A stretch of DNA of 64,000 nt from an uncultured Candidatus Saccharibacteria bacterium (GTDB lineage: Bacteria > Patescibacteriota > Saccharimonadia > Saccharimonadales > JBBQAJ01). Below are positions 1-11,700 of the stretch, one piece after another. The DNA lies in assembly GCA_964593805.1 (NCBI GenBank), contig CAZQHP010000001.1:192091-256090 (forward strand), written 5' to 3'. Below the pieces are notes generated by a model. That model was given only the letters and a program-made list of their open reading frames with translations, was not told the origin of the DNA and did no database searches. Positions within the stretch are counted from its first letter, which is position 1. Each line of letters begins with the position of its first letter. The translations under genes and the position numbers were made by a program.

Positions 1-339
1 TTGATCAGTTGTAGTCGGTTCTATGTTGCGGAATTCCGCTAAGGCTTCTTCGGGATCAGCTTTGAGGTATGCATCTAAAATTTGAGGCGCAAACTGATTA
101 CTTATCTGATCTACGCCATGCATCGGGTTTAATATAGGTGCAAGAGCCCTTTCGGTTGGCGTTAAGTCCGGCAGGCTATACCTGCTTTGAATGTATCTTA
201 TGGCATAGTAGCGAGCCTCGAGTTCTAAAATACCCTCAGGCGTGTCTAGCCACTGCTCCATGGGCGATGTGTAGGCATTGGCTACTGAAGGCTGGGGCGG
301 TAGCGTAGTCAGCTGTTCTGCTAGTGAAGCATCAGTCAT
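1..339 (-). CDS. hypothetical protein, truncated by window edge
   Basis: Uninterrupted reverse-strand frame from ATG (339..337) to position 1 (MTDASLAEQLTTLPPQPSVANAY...). Its ATG overlaps the TGA of the upstream GreA-like ORF (ATGA junction). Absent from the ORF track because no stop lies in the window. No family recognised. Confidence 0.4.
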   Translation of the reverse strand, partial: MTDASLAEQLTTLPPQPSVANAYTSPMEQWLDTPEGILELEARYYAIRYIQSRYSLPDLTPTERALAPILNPMHGVDQISNQFAPQILDAYLKADPEEALAEFRNIEPTTTDQ

Positions 340-896
340 GGTTGTATATCCTCAATAGCAAGCGCGGGGCTTGGAGAAGTTCCTAAAATGCGCAGCTGAT
401 GTGTGTGCTCTCCTAATACTGTCGAAAAGTCTGTTCCAGTATTTTGCCCAACAAGTGCTTTGCCCAGCGGTGAATTTATTGACGTGACCATAAGATCATC
501 GTCATTGCCATAATCATGCAATACAACCATGCCAACAAGATCGACAACATATGAAAATCTATCGTTTTGAATAATTTCAACTCTACTACCAATAGATGCT
601 ATAGCTGAACTTGCCTCTGGCATCTCAACTTGAGGCCACTCTGTTTTTGCAAGTACGAGTGGACGTTGTTGTTCAGATAAGTGATTGGCTGCAGCATCAG
701 TCGCTCGAAAAGCTCCATCATGCCAGTCATCACCGCCAGTAACTTTTATTTTTTCATCTATAAGATGAGCAAATGCATGTTGAATTGTTCGTAATCTTGC
801 ATCAATCAGCGCTAGTTCTATCTCAAGAATGGCATTTTGAATTTTGCCGCTTTGCCAACCTGCAAGAAACTCCGGATTCGGTAAAAGACCACTCAT
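336..896 (-). CDS. GreA/GreB-family transcription elongation factor-like protein
   Basis: 186-aa ORF. N-terminal helical region followed by a C-terminal block, SINSPLGKALVGQNTGTDF, resembling the conserved SPLGxALLGxxxGD motif of the GreA/Rnk C-terminal domain. Confidence 0.6.
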   Translation of the reverse strand: MSGLLPNPEFLAGWQSGKIQNAILEIELALIDARLRTIQHAFAHLIDEKIKVTGGDDWHDGAFRATDAAANHLSEQQRPLVLAKTEWPQVEMPEASSAIASIGSRVEIIQNDRFSYVVDLVGMVVLHDYGNDDDLMVTSINSPLGKALVGQNTGTDFSTVLGEHTHQLRILGTSPSPALAIEDIQP

Positions 897-928
897 GTTT
901 ACATTTTATACATTATTATCAGAATTAA

Positions 929-955
929 TGCAAGTATTTTTGTTTAATACTTGCA
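929..955 (-). terminator. hairpin between two minus-strand genes (possible intrinsic terminator)
   Basis: tgcaagtatt (929..938) and aatacttgca (946..955) form a perfect 10-bp stem with a 7-nt loop, just downstream of the stop at 965. The U-tract on the minus strand is only weak. Confidence 0.35.
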
Positions 956-964
956 GTTTAAGAT

Positions 965-1576
965 CTAAGCGACTGTATATTCTTGATATACGCGCAACAA
1001 GTGCGCGGCATTAACTTCTGCTGTTTGTGTACCATCCAACGCATGGTAGGGGTATTCTTGGCGCATTAAGTCCAGGGTTGGAACCATACATTCATTGTAT
1101 GTAAGAAGTCGTTTTTTGATAAATTCTCTGTCTTCAGCAACACTTGCATAACGTTGCCCCCTAGTTCTTATGCGCTCAAATACCGTTTCATCATCGACAA
1201 CGGCTTCGCAAACAGCAAGCACCCTAGCGCCAACATCTCTTACAACAGACTTAAACCTGTCTAAACTGTCTGGTGCCCGTAAGCCATCTATTATCACTAA
1301 ACCCGCATCTTCGTGGAGTGTTATAAACTCGCCAACGACACCCATAGTAACCTCGTGCGGTACAGACTTGTCTTGTGCCATTGTATCGGTATTCTCTGCA
1401 AGTATCTCTGCGAAAGCTGAATCTATTGTTCCACCTCCAATTCCGCGCAAATGCTCACCAACTGAAAGATGCAATGCACCATCAGGTGCATCCTTAAGCT
1501 CAATCATTGTTTGAGCCATAGTACTTTTACCCGAACCTGGCTTACCGCCCAGCAATAATAATTCTGTACCTGCCAC
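965..1576 (-). CDS. P-loop nucleoside/nucleotide kinase-like protein (adenylate-kinase-like fold)
   Basis: Walker A GGKPGSGKST near the N-terminus. The track ORF extends to 1699 but would overlap the pyrD-like gene. The in-frame GTG at 1576 (VAGTELLLLGGKPGSGKST) is the likely start. Confidence 0.6.
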   Translation of the reverse strand: MAGTELLLLGGKPGSGKSTMAQTMIELKDAPDGALHLSVGEHLRGIGGGTIDSAFAEILAENTDTMAQDKSVPHEVTMGVVGEFITLHEDAGLVIIDGLRAPDSLDRFKSVVRDVGARVLAVCEAVVDDETVFERIRTRGQRYASVAEDREFIKKRLLTYNECMVPTLDLMRQEYPYHALDGTQTAEVNAAHLLRVYQEYTVA

Positions 1577-1638
1577 AATGAATTTATAACATATAATAAT
1601 AATTAGGCAAAATCCTAGCAAATCCCGGCACGGGCAGG

Positions 1639-2714
1639 TTATTTCAAACGAGCGGTAATGTCGTGGGCGAGGTTCGGGTTCCACATGGGGCCGGTGCAAG
1701 CTTGTACTAGGTCAGCACCGGCTTCGCGGTACTCAAAGAAATCAGCTGGCGTCATAACGCCGCCGATGCCTACAATTTCATATGTATAACCTTTGGCTTT
1801 TCGCATTGCGTCCATTCGCTTTACCATATCCAGTCCTGCCCATTTGATACCGGCGCCGCACAATCCGCTAACCAATCGGCCTTCGCCGGGTAGAGCTTGC
1901 TTGCCGTTACGATCATAAACTTTGGCTGTAATGGTGTTGATGAGGGCGACGGCTTGGATGAGGGGGGCAACTTCTACTATCATTTTTTCCAGCAAAGTTT
2001 GTTGTTCCTGGGTGAAATAGCCAAGTTTTATCATGAGCGGCGTGTTGCCAATTGCTTCGCGGGTTCGCTTGCAGATACCAATCACTGCTTCGGGTGTGTA
2101 GCAAACTATACCTTCACCGACCACGTTCGGACAGGACAGATTTAGTTCTATTATTTTTGCTCCAGCTTCTACTGCCAGTTTGGAAGCATCGGCAAAGTCT
2201 TGCCAGAAATCTTCGCTTTTCATGCCTTTTGTGGCCGTGCCAAATGTACTGGCCACCATGACCTGACCTTTGCCGGCACCAGCTACAGCTTTTTCCATAT
2301 CTGGCATCCAGAACTTCGGTCCACGTCCCGGGTTGCCAAATGAATTAGTTATAACCAATTTGCTAATGTCTTTTGGGTAATCATCTAGCATGGTCAGGCC
2401 TTTGTTTGCCTCTTCCAGGCTGACACTGCCACTGGCATCTACCGGGATGACATTTGGAAATGGATTTGCTGTAAACGGCACTGTGCGCATGGTTTTGTAA
2501 TGCACTACGTCGTAACCCCAGTCAAAGGCAGCGTTTACATGCTTGCTGGTCGGTAGCGGCCCGGCAGCTATGCCAAACGGCAGGTAGAGCGGAAAGCCCA
2601 GAAATGTGTACTTTGGCTCACCCTCTCGTTCAAGTTTAGGAATTTCATCAAAAAACGGTCCATCATCAACGTTATCATCAAACGTCTTCGCCGGGTCATA
2701 GAAAAGTTGTGCCA
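1639..2714 (-). CDS. pyrD: dihydroorotate dehydrogenase family protein (class-1-like, catalytic Cys)
   Basis: TIM-barrel flavoenzyme signature, including ELNLSCPNV (Cys base as in class 1 DHODH/DPD) and a C-terminal GIGGV block. Probable start is MAQLFYDP at 2714 rather than 2826. Sits beside pyrF/pyrE. Confidence 0.8.
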
Positions 2715-2743
2715 TATTGCTTTTTAGAATAGCATAGTCAGTA

Positions 2744-3568
2744 ATGACCTTTAGGGAAAAGCTGACTAGAAGTTGGACGAAGAGTAATTCGCTGCTTTGT
2801 GTTGGTTTGGATCCTGATTTTGACAAATTGCCAACAAGTCTAAAAGATCACCCACAGGCTTTGTTTGAATTTAACAAAGCTATCATTGACGCTACTGCCG
2901 AACTGGTTTCTGCCTACAAGCCAAACAGTGCTTTCTATGAAGCCCTAGGTGCTGACGGTATTGAACAACTAAAATTAACGGCTAATTATTTGCATGAAAA
3001 TTATCCCGAAATCTCAATCATCTTAGACGCCAAAAGAGCGGATATAGGCAACACCAACAATGGCTATACGAGCTTTATTTTTGATTATCTGGGGATGGAC
3101 GCGGTAACTCTGCATCCTTACCTTGGCCAGGAAGCACTGGAACCATTTCTAAATTATAAGGACAAAGGGTTAATCATTCTTTGTCGGACGTCCAACCCAG
3201 GTGCCGGCGAATTTCAAGATTTGCTAGTAGATGGCAAGCCAGTTTATAGGCACGTTGCCGAACAAGTATCCAAAGACTGGGATACAAATGGAAACTGTCT
3301 GCTTGTAGTCGGTGCCACGTATCCCGAAGAAATGAAAATTATCCGTGAAATTGTAGGTCCCGACATGCCGTTTTTAGTTCCTGGCATTGGCGCACAAGGC
3401 GGAGACATTGAAGCAGTTATGAAGGCGGGGCTAAACGACAACAAGCAAGGACTAATCATCAGCTCTTCCCGCGAAATACTCTACGCCAGCAGTGGCGAAG
3501 ACTTTGCTGAAGCCGCACGTCAAAAAGCTACGGCAACACGTGATGAGATTAATAAATTCAGGAGGTAA
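2744..3568 (+). CDS. pyrF: orotidine 5'-phosphate decarboxylase (type 2)
   Basis: 274 aa with LCVGLDPD and DAKRADIGNT motifs. Confidence 0.9.
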   Translation: MTFREKLTRSWTKSNSLLCVGLDPDFDKLPTSLKDHPQALFEFNKAIIDATAELVSAYKPNSAFYEALGADGIEQLKLTANYLHENYPEISIILDAKRADIGNTNNGYTSFIFDYLGMDAVTLHPYLGQEALEPFLNYKDKGLIILCRTSNPGAGEFQDLLVDGKPVYRHVAEQVSKDWDTNGNCLLVVGATYPEEMKIIREIVGPDMPFLVPGIGAQGGDIEAVMKAGLNDNKQGLIISSSREILYASSGEDFAEAARQKATATRDEINKFRR

Positions 3569-3574
3569 CTGAAT

Positions 3575-4183
3575 ATGGCTAATGACGCACAAAAAACAGA
3601 AATTGCCCTGGCATTGGCAGAGGTTGGTGCTCTAAAGTTCGGTGAATTTACTTTCAAAAGCGGCATTGTGAGCCCCATGTATATAGATTTGCGGCTGTTC
3701 GTGAGCTATCCAAAACTACTCAAAAAAGTTGCCAAAGTCTATGCCCAACAATTAGCAAAGCTAAAGTATGACCGTCTAGCCGGCGTTGCCTACGCGGCAC
3801 TGCCTATTGCCGGAGCTATAAGTTTGGAGCTGGAACAACCCTGGATATTTTTGCGCAAGGAAGCTCTTAAAAAGGCCTACGGGTTAGAAAAAAGCCTGGA
3901 AGGGGAGTTTAAAAAAGGCGAAACTATTGTGATGATAGAAGATCTTGCCACCAAAGCGACCTCTTTGCTAGAGGCAATTCCGGCTATCGAGCAACACGGA
4001 CTGATCGTCAAAGATGCAGTTGTATTATTAGATTATGGCAAAGGTGGCGGTGAAAATTTACAGGCGAAAGGCTACAAGTTGCACGCCTTTATGACTGTAC
4101 GTGAGGTTGTAGATATCATGAAATCAGAAGGCAAAATTGACGCAAAAAAATACCAGCAGTGCCTCGATTTCTTAGCCAGCTAG
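3575..4183 (+). CDS. pyrE: orotate phosphoribosyltransferase
   Basis: 202 aa. PRPP-binding loop [13 protein letters not shown]. Begins 6 nt after pyrF. Confidence 0.9.
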   Translation: MANDAQKTEIALALAEVGALKFGEFTFKSGIVSPMYIDLRLFVSYPKLLKKVAKVYAQQLAKLKYDRLAGVAYAALPIAGAISLELEQPWIFLRKEALKKAYGLEKSLEGEFKKGETIVMIEDLATKATSLLEAIPAIEQHGLIVKDAVVLLDYGKGGGENLQAKGYKLHAFMTVREVVDIMKSEGKIDAKKYQQCLDFLAS

Positions 4184-5094
4184 GTTTTGAAAATATAGTC
4201 TAGTAGAGCCATGCGCATGTATAGGCCGTTTTTGACCTGCAGGAAATATTTAGCTCTTGGGTCTGCGTCTACGGAAACTTCAATTTCATTTACACGAGGC
4301 AAGGGGTGCAAGATTATAGCGCCTTTTTTCATCTTTTGAGCAATTGGCAGGGTCAAAACAAAACTGTCTTTCACCGCCATGTAGTCTTCAATAAGCTTAA
4401 ATCGTTCTTTCTGGACGCGGGTCATGTAGAGCACGTCCACTTTTCCGATCACCTCGTCCCAAGAATTGTGAACAGAATATTTAACCCCGCTTTTTTTCAA
4501 TAATGCTTCATGATCTTTGGGCAGCTGCAAGCTTTTGGGCGCAATCAAATATAGCTCAACATCGTATATCGCCAGTAACTGCATGAGCGAATGAATAGTG
4601 CGGCCGTTTAGAAGATCCCCAACCAGCGCAATTTTTAGACCATCAATTTTTCCCATGGTTTGCTTTATAGTGAAAAGGTCAAGCAAGGCTTGCGTGGGGT
4701 GTTCACCAGTTCCGTCGCCGGCATTTATGATGGGCACGCGCGAAACGTTACCAGCACGTTCGGCGGCACCGTCTTCAGGGTGACGTAGCACTATGGCATC
4801 GGCATAGGTGCTGATAGTTATGATGGTATCTTCTAAAGTTTCGCCCTTGATTGCCGAAGAAAACTGACCAGCGTTTTCGGTGCTGATAAGGTGCGCGCCA
4901 AGGTTTTGGATAGCTGTTTCAAATGATAAACGGGTGCGCGTGCTTGGTTCATAAAAAAGCGTTGCAATAGTCAGATGCTCCAGCGGTTTTGGGTAGTCGG
5001 CCAAAGGCATTTCTGAAAACACGCTAGCACTAGAAATTAATTTGTCTAGTAACTCTTTGTCCAAAAATTGTTTGACCGAAATAATATGTTTCAT
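4180..5094 (-). CDS. pyrB: aspartate carbamoyltransferase catalytic subunit
   Basis: [17 protein letters not shown] and HPLPRV motifs. Likely start is [10 protein letters not shown] at 5094; the track ORF runs to 5202. No pyrI follows. Confidence 0.9.
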   Translation of the reverse strand: MKHIISVKQFLDKELLDKLISSASVFSEMPLADYPKPLEHLTIATLFYEPSTRTRLSFETAIQNLGAHLISTENAGQFSSAIKGETLEDTIITISTYADAIVLRHPEDGAAERAGNVSRVPIINAGDGTGEHPTQALLDLFTIKQTMGKIDGLKIALVGDLLNGRTIHSLMQLLAIYDVELYLIAPKSLQLPKDHEALLKKSGVKYSVHNSWDEVIGKVDVLYMTRVQKERFKLIEDYMAVKDSFVLTLPIAQKMKKGAIILHPLPRVNEIEVSVDADPRAKYFLQVKNGLYMRMALLDYIFKT

Positions 5095-5168
5095 AAAACC
5101 CTTGCATAAGGTTAAAGCAAAAGTCTTGCAACTACAACTCCTAGAAAAATATGATAGGCTAAGGTCTA

Positions 5169-5744
5169 GTGAAAATACTATTCCTAAGACATGGTGCCAC
5201 AAAACTCAACCAAGAAGGCAAATTAAATGGCCAGATTGACGAGCCGCTGGCGACATTGGGCTTTGAGCAGGCTGAAGTAGCGGCTGGGATTGTGCCAAAA
5301 TCAGTTAAAGAAATCAGAGCCTCGTCTATGCTGCGTGCTGTTCAGACCAGCACTGTCATAAGCAAAGCCTTGGGCATACCACTGCTTACCCATGATGCAT
5401 TACGTGAGATAAATATGGGTTCGTTTGCTGGAAAATCATGGGCTGGTATTGAGACTGGTCAAAAATTCAAGCGCATACACCGCTCGATGCAATTTGATTA
5501 TAAGGAAGATGGTGGTGAGTCAGCACCGGAATTTAGAGATAGAGTAATCGGATTTGCGGAAGGAGTCGATGGTCAATATGGTGACCACGAATTGCTTATA
5601 GTAGCGCATGGTGGCGTGCAACGGTTGTTTGATTTACTTCAAGGCCAAGAAAACCAATCAGAAATTGAAAATGCGGTCTTGCTGGAGTTTGATTTGAGCG
5701 CAATCATAGCAAACGCGAATCTATATATTACTCCCACTCCGTAG
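5169..5744 (+). CDS. histidine phosphatase family protein (phosphoglycerate-mutase-like)
   Basis: N-terminal LRHGAT (RHG catalytic motif) and a later AHGG block. 191 aa. Confidence 0.8.
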   Translation: MKILFLRHGATKLNQEGKLNGQIDEPLATLGFEQAEVAAGIVPKSVKEIRASSMLRAVQTSTVISKALGIPLLTHDALREINMGSFAGKSWAGIETGQKFKRIHRSMQFDYKEDGGESAPEFRDRVIGFAEGVDGQYGDHELLIVAHGGVQRLFDLLQGQENQSEIENAVLLEFDLSAIIANANLYITPTP

Positions 5745-7635
5745 TTGCCGGGGGTTTGGAAGTTAGGTCTATGAATACCTGGCCAATTCCAGGTACCTCA
5801 GTTTGTATTCGCGCAGTAACTTTCACTATGAAATCAAACGGTAAATCACGCTCGGGCAGCATGGGCTGAACCGTCATGAAGGTTGAAGTTGTAACAGGGC
5901 GGAGGACGATTGAGCGCTCACCAGGCTTGCCAAAAGACAGGGGCAAAAGCACCACCGGGAACTGGCTTATAGTTTTTGCGAGGTCGAAGCCGCGCATTTC
6001 TTCCCAGACAATTCTGTCAGCGTGTTGCAACTGGGCAATTTCAGCTGGTGCCACGAACGTGGGCGTGATTGTAAGATTTTCAATTGGCTGGTTTCCAAGC
6101 GCCACAGTGACTCGGTTTAGGTCATCTCGAAATTTTGCCGGCAGGCTTTTTGCTAGTTGCCCAAGTGTTTCCCATGAAGCAGTAGTTTGCAATGCCACAG
6201 CGGCTACATGCGAACGCTCGTCACCGCCCACACCGACGTTGCGCACGGGTAAAAGCCTGGCTAAAACTTTGTCTTTGGTGTTTGCGCCGTCCAAGTAATC
6301 CTGAATAAGCTTTTCAGTTTGTTCCGAGTCGGTTTTCTCGCTACCATTGGCGCACAGGATTCGCACCGCCAGGCCGGGGCCGGGAAATGGCTGTCGCTCA
6401 ACCACTTCTGCCGGCAAGCCCAAATGCTGGCCGACCGCACGCACTTCGTCTTTGAACAGCTCATCCAGCGGCTCAATCAACAGCCCGCGCTCCTTCAGTT
6501 CTTGCACTTCGCGTACTTGATTGTGATGAGTTTTTATCAGTGCCGTATGACTGCCACCTTTGCTGTATCCGCTTTCTATCCTGTCGGCGGCGTTGGTGCC
6601 TTGCAAAAGCAGAGCTTCTTCTAACCCAAGACCTGTTATCAAACGATTCTGAACGTCTATAAATGCTTTGCCGATAATCTGCCTTTTCTTTTGCGGGTCT
6701 ACCACGCCAGCCAAAGGAGTAAGAAAATCATCAGAAGCACCGACTTTTTTTACTGACACGCCCACATGTTTGAGGAGTTTTATGACGCCCGTGTCCTCAT
6801 GCCGCATCAGGCCATTGTCTATGTAATACGCGTGTAGTTTTTCGCGCGGTATCTCCGTGGCAGCCAGCGCCGCGCTGACGGAAGAATCAACACCTCCACT
6901 TACAAAGGCAATCACATGGCGACCCTTTGCTTTGGCTTGAATATCTTTCCGGAGTTGCGCAACCAATTCATCCATCTGATGGTCCAAAAATCCCTGGCTT
7001 GGTTTTAGCTTTGCAATGCCCTGCAGAAAGTTCTTGAATACTTGATAACCCTCCGGCGTGTCGTCAAAAACTTCCGGGTGGAACTGGACGGCCACTGTGT
7101 TGCCACGAGCAATTGCCGAATATACCGTTCTGCCGTCGTCAAGCTCATGCTGTCCGATAACCTTAAAATCTTTCGGAACCTCACTTACAAAGTTGCCATG
7201 TGTAAACAGGGCGCTGAAATTGGCTTTTGTGCCCGCGAAAAGCGGGTGATTAGTATCAACGGCTGTGATGACCCGGCCGTCTTGGCGTGATGTACCGCGA
7301 ACTACTTTGCCGCCAAGCTGCGAAGCCGCCGCGTGCAAGCCGTAGCAGATACCCAGGATAGGCATATTTAACTGCCAAATTTTTGCGTCAGGCAAAGGTG
7401 CATCCACTGCTTGCGAACTGGCGGGACTGCCAGAAATAATAACTGCTTTATATTTTTCTTGGAGTTCGGATGCCGGAGTATTGAGCGGCAGCACAACCGT
7501 GGGATAGCCCAGACGCTCGCAAGCTTTTTTGACTAAGTCTACATACTGACCGCCCGCGTCTAAAACCGCTACAACTGCCTTTGCGCTGGCTACTTGGTCT
7601 TTCATTACGTCATTATACCAGATAAGATGTTGCAT
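5728..7635 (-). CDS. guaA: GMP synthase (glutamine-hydrolysing), long form
   Basis: GATase nucleophile region GICYGLH, PP-loop SGGVDSSV, C-terminal ...TTEWE. An alternative start, MKDQV, lies at 7605. The 3' end overlaps the convergent phosphatase gene by 17 nt. Confidence 0.9.
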   Translation of the reverse strand: MQHLIWYNDVMKDQVASAKAVVAVLDAGGQYVDLVKKACERLGYPTVVLPLNTPASELQEKYKAVIISGSPASSQAVDAPLPDAKIWQLNMPILGICYGLHAAASQLGGKVVRGTSRQDGRVITAVDTNHPLFAGTKANFSALFTHGNFVSEVPKDFKVIGQHELDDGRTVYSAIARGNTVAVQFHPEVFDDTPEGYQVFKNFLQGIAKLKPSQGFLDHQMDELVAQLRKDIQAKAKGRHVIAFVSGGVDSSVSAALAATEIPREKLHAYYIDNGLMRHEDTGVIKLLKHVGVSVKKVGASDDFLTPLAGVVDPQKKRQIIGKAFIDVQNRLITGLGLEEALLLQGTNAADRIESGYSKGGSHTALIKTHHNQVREVQELKERGLLIEPLDELFKDEVRAVGQHLGLPAEVVERQPFPGPGLAVRILCANGSEKTDSEQTEKLIQDYLDGANTKDKVLARLLPVRNVGVGGDERSHVAAVALQTTASWETLGQLAKSLPAKFRDDLNRVTVALGNQPIENLTITPTFVAPAEIAQLQHADRIVWEEMRGFDLAKTISQFPVVLLPLSFGKPGERSIVLRPVTTSTFMTVQPMLPERDLPFDFIVKVTARIQTEVPGIGQVFIDLTSKPPATTEWE

Positions 7636-7660
7636 AATTGCTTTACATCACAAATTATTT

Positions 7661-8791
7661 GTGCTAAAGTTAAATCCTAGTATGCCAATGCTAGAAAAGT
7701 CGAAAATTTCCAAGAACCGAACCGCTAATCGCTCCAATCGGAGCGTTTTTTTTGCCAAAAAATCAGCCCAGCTTTTCCTGAGTGACGGCACAACTTTTCC
7801 TGGCCTGGCGCCGTCCTGGCAACAAGGCAGCTTCACGGGCGAGGTCGTTTTCAATACCGGTATGACTGGTTACGTGGAGTCATTGACCGACCCGTCATAT
7901 AGCAACCAAATCCTGGTGTTTACCTACCCTATGATTGGCAACTATGGCGTTGATCAGACATCGGCTGAATCATCAAAAATCCAAGTCAGCGGCGTGGTCG
8001 TAAGTACGGCTGCAGAAAAATGGAGCCACGCCGCCGCCGACCAATCGCTGCTGGAATGGCTAGAATCTCAAAATATCCCACTGCTCGCTAGTGTTGATAC
8101 GCGGGCTCTGACCAAACATTTACGCAGCCGCGGCACCATGCAAGGCGCGATTAGCGATTCGCCCATTGTGACGGATGACTTGGTTGCCGCAGCTGCTTCT
8201 CCTCCAACCTTTGAACCGGTCATTTATAACAGGCAACATACCAAGACAGTTATTTTGGTTGATTGCGGCGCCAAAGAAAACATCGTGCGTGAACTCCTAA
8301 AACTTCCAGTGCGGATAAAACGCGTGCCAGCAAATTATGATTACAGCCTGGAAAAGTATGACGGCGTGTTGTTTTCTAACGGTCCTGGCAACCCCACTGA
8401 TTATCAGCCAACCATAGACATTGCCAAAAAAGCTATGAAAAAAGACAAACCCCTATTTGGCATTTGCCTGGGCAGCCAAATTATGGGGCTGGCTGCCGGT
8501 GCCAGGACATACAAGCTGCCGTTCGGCCACCGCGGCCACAATCAGCCATGCATGGAGATAAAAACCAAACGCTGTTTTGTAACCAGCCAAAACCACGGCT
8601 ATGCCATAGACGAAAAAACTTTGCCGGCTGGCTGGGAAGTTTCTTTCAAAAACCTCAACGATAATTCAGTAGAGGGCATAGAACATAAAACCAAACCTTT
8701 CTTTTCCGTGCAATTTCATCCGGAAGCGTGCCCAGGGCCTACGGACACTGCCTGGCTGTTTGAAAAATTCGCCGAGGTTCTAAAGATATGA
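7661..8791 (+). CDS. carA: carbamoyl-phosphate synthase small (glutaminase) subunit
   Basis: GEVVFNTGMTGYVESLTDPSY, GICLGSQ and VQFHPEA motifs. Start uncertain: GTG at 7661 or ATG at 7682/7688. Confidence 0.9.
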   Translation: MLKLNPSMPMLEKSKISKNRTANRSNRSVFFAKKSAQLFLSDGTTFPGLAPSWQQGSFTGEVVFNTGMTGYVESLTDPSYSNQILVFTYPMIGNYGVDQTSAESSKIQVSGVVVSTAAEKWSHAAADQSLLEWLESQNIPLLASVDTRALTKHLRSRGTMQGAISDSPIVTDDLVAAAASPPTFEPVIYNRQHTKTVILVDCGAKENIVRELLKLPVRIKRVPANYDYSLEKYDGVLFSNGPGNPTDYQPTIDIAKKAMKKDKPLFGICLGSQIMGLAAGARTYKLPFGHRGHNQPCMEIKTKRCFVTSQNHGYAIDEKTLPAGWEVSFKNLNDNSVEGIEHKTKPFFSVQFHPEACPGPTDTAWLFEKFAEVLKI

Positions 8792-11700
8792 AAATTCGCA
8801 AAGTAGTGATTTTGGGTTCTGGCGGTCTGCGCATAGGCCAGGCCGGCGAGTTTGATTACTCCGGTTCCCAAGCCATCAAAGCGCTCAAAGAAGAAAAAAT
8901 CGAAACAGTGCTGATTAATCCAAACATAGCTACCGTGCAGACAGACCCAGACATGGCGGACCGAGTGTACTTTGAACCTTTAAACGTAAAAACCGTCACG
9001 AAAATATTGCAAAAAGAAAAACCAGACGCCATCATGCTCAGTTTCGGCGGCCAGACCGCGCTAAATCTAGGTTTGAGCCTGCATGACGCCGGCGTATTCA
9101 AAAAACTCGGCATCCGCGTGCTTGGTACCCCTGTTGAGGTTATTAAAACAACTGAAGACCGCGATTTGTTCAAAAATGCCCTGGAGAAAATAGGCACCAA
9201 AACTGCCCGCAGTATCGCTGCTTATACGGTCAACGAAGCTCGCGCCGCGGCTCGGGAAATTGGCTACCCAATCATGCTGCGTTCCGGCTTTAGCCTGGGC
9301 GGCCTGGGTTCTGGCCGTATCAATAATGACCAAGAACTTTTGCGCAAAGTGAACGAAGTGCTCCGGGTCGTACCGCAAGTGCTGATTGAAGAATACCTGG
9401 CCGGCTGGAAAGAAGTGGAATACGAAGTAGTACGAGACACTGGCGGCAATACCATAACGGTCTGCAACATGGAAAACTTTGACCCCATGGGCATCCACAC
9501 CGGCGAAAGTATTGTGATAGCACCGTCCCAAACGCTCACTAACGAGGAATACCACCGGCTGCGCGAGGTCGCCATCAAGACCATAAACCACCTGGGAATA
9601 ATTGGCGAATGCAACATCCAATACGCGCTGAATCCGGAAAATGGCGACTACCGAGTGATTGAGGTTAATGCCCGGCTGAGCCGTTCCAGCGCGCTGGCTT
9701 CCAAAGCAACAGGTTATCCGCTGGCGTTTGTGGCCAGCAAACTGATGCTTGGCTACCGCCTGCACGAACTCAAAAACGCCGTCACCGGCACGACTTCGGC
9801 GTTTTTTGAACCGGCTCTGGACTACGTGGCCGTCAAAATGCCACGCTGGGATTTGTCAAAACTAAAATCCAGCGATCACACGATTGGCACGGAAATGAAA
9901 AGCGTCGGCGAAGTCATGGCGCTTGGAAGAAGTTTTCCCGAAGCCTTGCAAAAAGCAATCCGCATGCTAAACATAGGCGCCCAGGGACTAACCGCGCATC
10001 CGTTTGAATTCAAAGACCCAGCCAAAGAAATCGCTCATCCCACCGATAAACGAGTATTCGCAATTCACGATGCTCTCAAACTAGGGGTTTCCGTAGACCG
10101 TATTCACGAACTTTCCAAAATTGATAATTGGTTTTTGGAACATCTTGCCGACATGGTAGAAACCGCCAGCAGCATAAAGCGCCAGCCCCTAGCCAAAGAA
10201 TTACTGCTCGAAGCCAAACAGAAAGGCTTTGCGGACAACGTAATCGCAAAACTTAAAAATACCAAAGAGGAAAACATAAGACAGCAGCGCCAAAAATTCG
10301 GGATAGTGCCTTACATAAAACAGATTGATACCCTAGCCGGTGAATTTGACGCCGCAACCAACTACCTGTACACCACCTATCATGGCAATACCCACGACGT
10401 TGAGCCTCTCAAAAAACCAATTATAGTTCTAGGCTCGGGTCCGTACTGTATTGGTTCTTCGGTTGAGTTTGATTGGTGCGCTGTCAACACCGCCAAAACC
10501 ATCCGCAAACACAAACTGCCAACCGTCATGGTAAATTCCAATCCAGAGACCGTGTCTACGGACTTTGACAGGTCTGACCGGCTGTACTTTGAAGAACTTT
10601 CACTGGAACGAATACGAGATATTGCCGATTTTGAACATCCAAAATCAATTGTGGTTTCGGTCGGCGGGCAGATTGCCAACAACCTTGCGCTGCCGCTGCA
10701 TCAGGCAGGTTATCCCATTCTTGGAACACCGCCGGGTCAAATTGACCGGGCGGAGGACCGCCAGAAATTTTCATCTATGCTAAACCGATTGGGGATAGAT
10801 CAACCAACCTGGGATGAAGTTTCTACACTGGCGCTGGCAAAAAAGTTTGCCGCCAAGGTCGGCTATCCAGTGCTAATCAGGCCTTCATATGTGCTATCCG
10901 GCGGTGCCATGAACGTTGTGACCAACGAACAGGAACTCAAACAATACCTCCAAGAAGCGGCGCATCTATCTCCGGACCATCCGGTAGTAATTTCCCAATT
11001 CATCGCCAACGCCAAAGAACTTGAAATTGACGGCGTGGCCCAAAATGGCGAACTCATCATATATGCCGTGTCCGAGCATATAGAAAATGCCGGCATTCAC
11101 TCGGGCGATGCCACCGTGGTTTTTCCGGCACAGCGGCTATACCTGGAAACCGTCCGCCAAGCCAAAAACATTACCAAGCAAATTATCAGCAACCTGAATA
11201 TAACCGGTCCGTTCAACGTGCAGTTCATAGCTAAAGACAACGAACTAAAAGTAATCGAGTGCAACGTGCGGGCTTCACGGTCATTTCCGTTCGTGTCCAA
11301 AGTCAGCAACCATAATTTTATAGAAATTGCCACCGAAGCCATGCTAGGCATAAAAAATAACAATACATACCAAACGCTTGAGCTGGATCACGTAGGCGTA
11401 AAAAGCCCGCAGTTTTCGTATAACCGGCTCAAAGGCGCCGATCCGGTGGCTGGCGTGGAAATGGCGTCTACTGGAGAAGTGGCTTGTTTTGGCGACGACC
11501 TGGCTAGCGCATTCTATGCCTCGTGGCTGGCAACCGAACAGCACATCAAAGCTAAGACTATGTTTTTAAGTTTGCCGGACGAACAAAAGTTCAAATTCGT
11601 GGACGAAGTCGCGGCTCTAGTGGCGCAAGGCTGGCAAATATACGCTACCGCCGGAACGCACCAGTTTTTTAAGCAGCACGGTATCAAAACAATCAAATTG

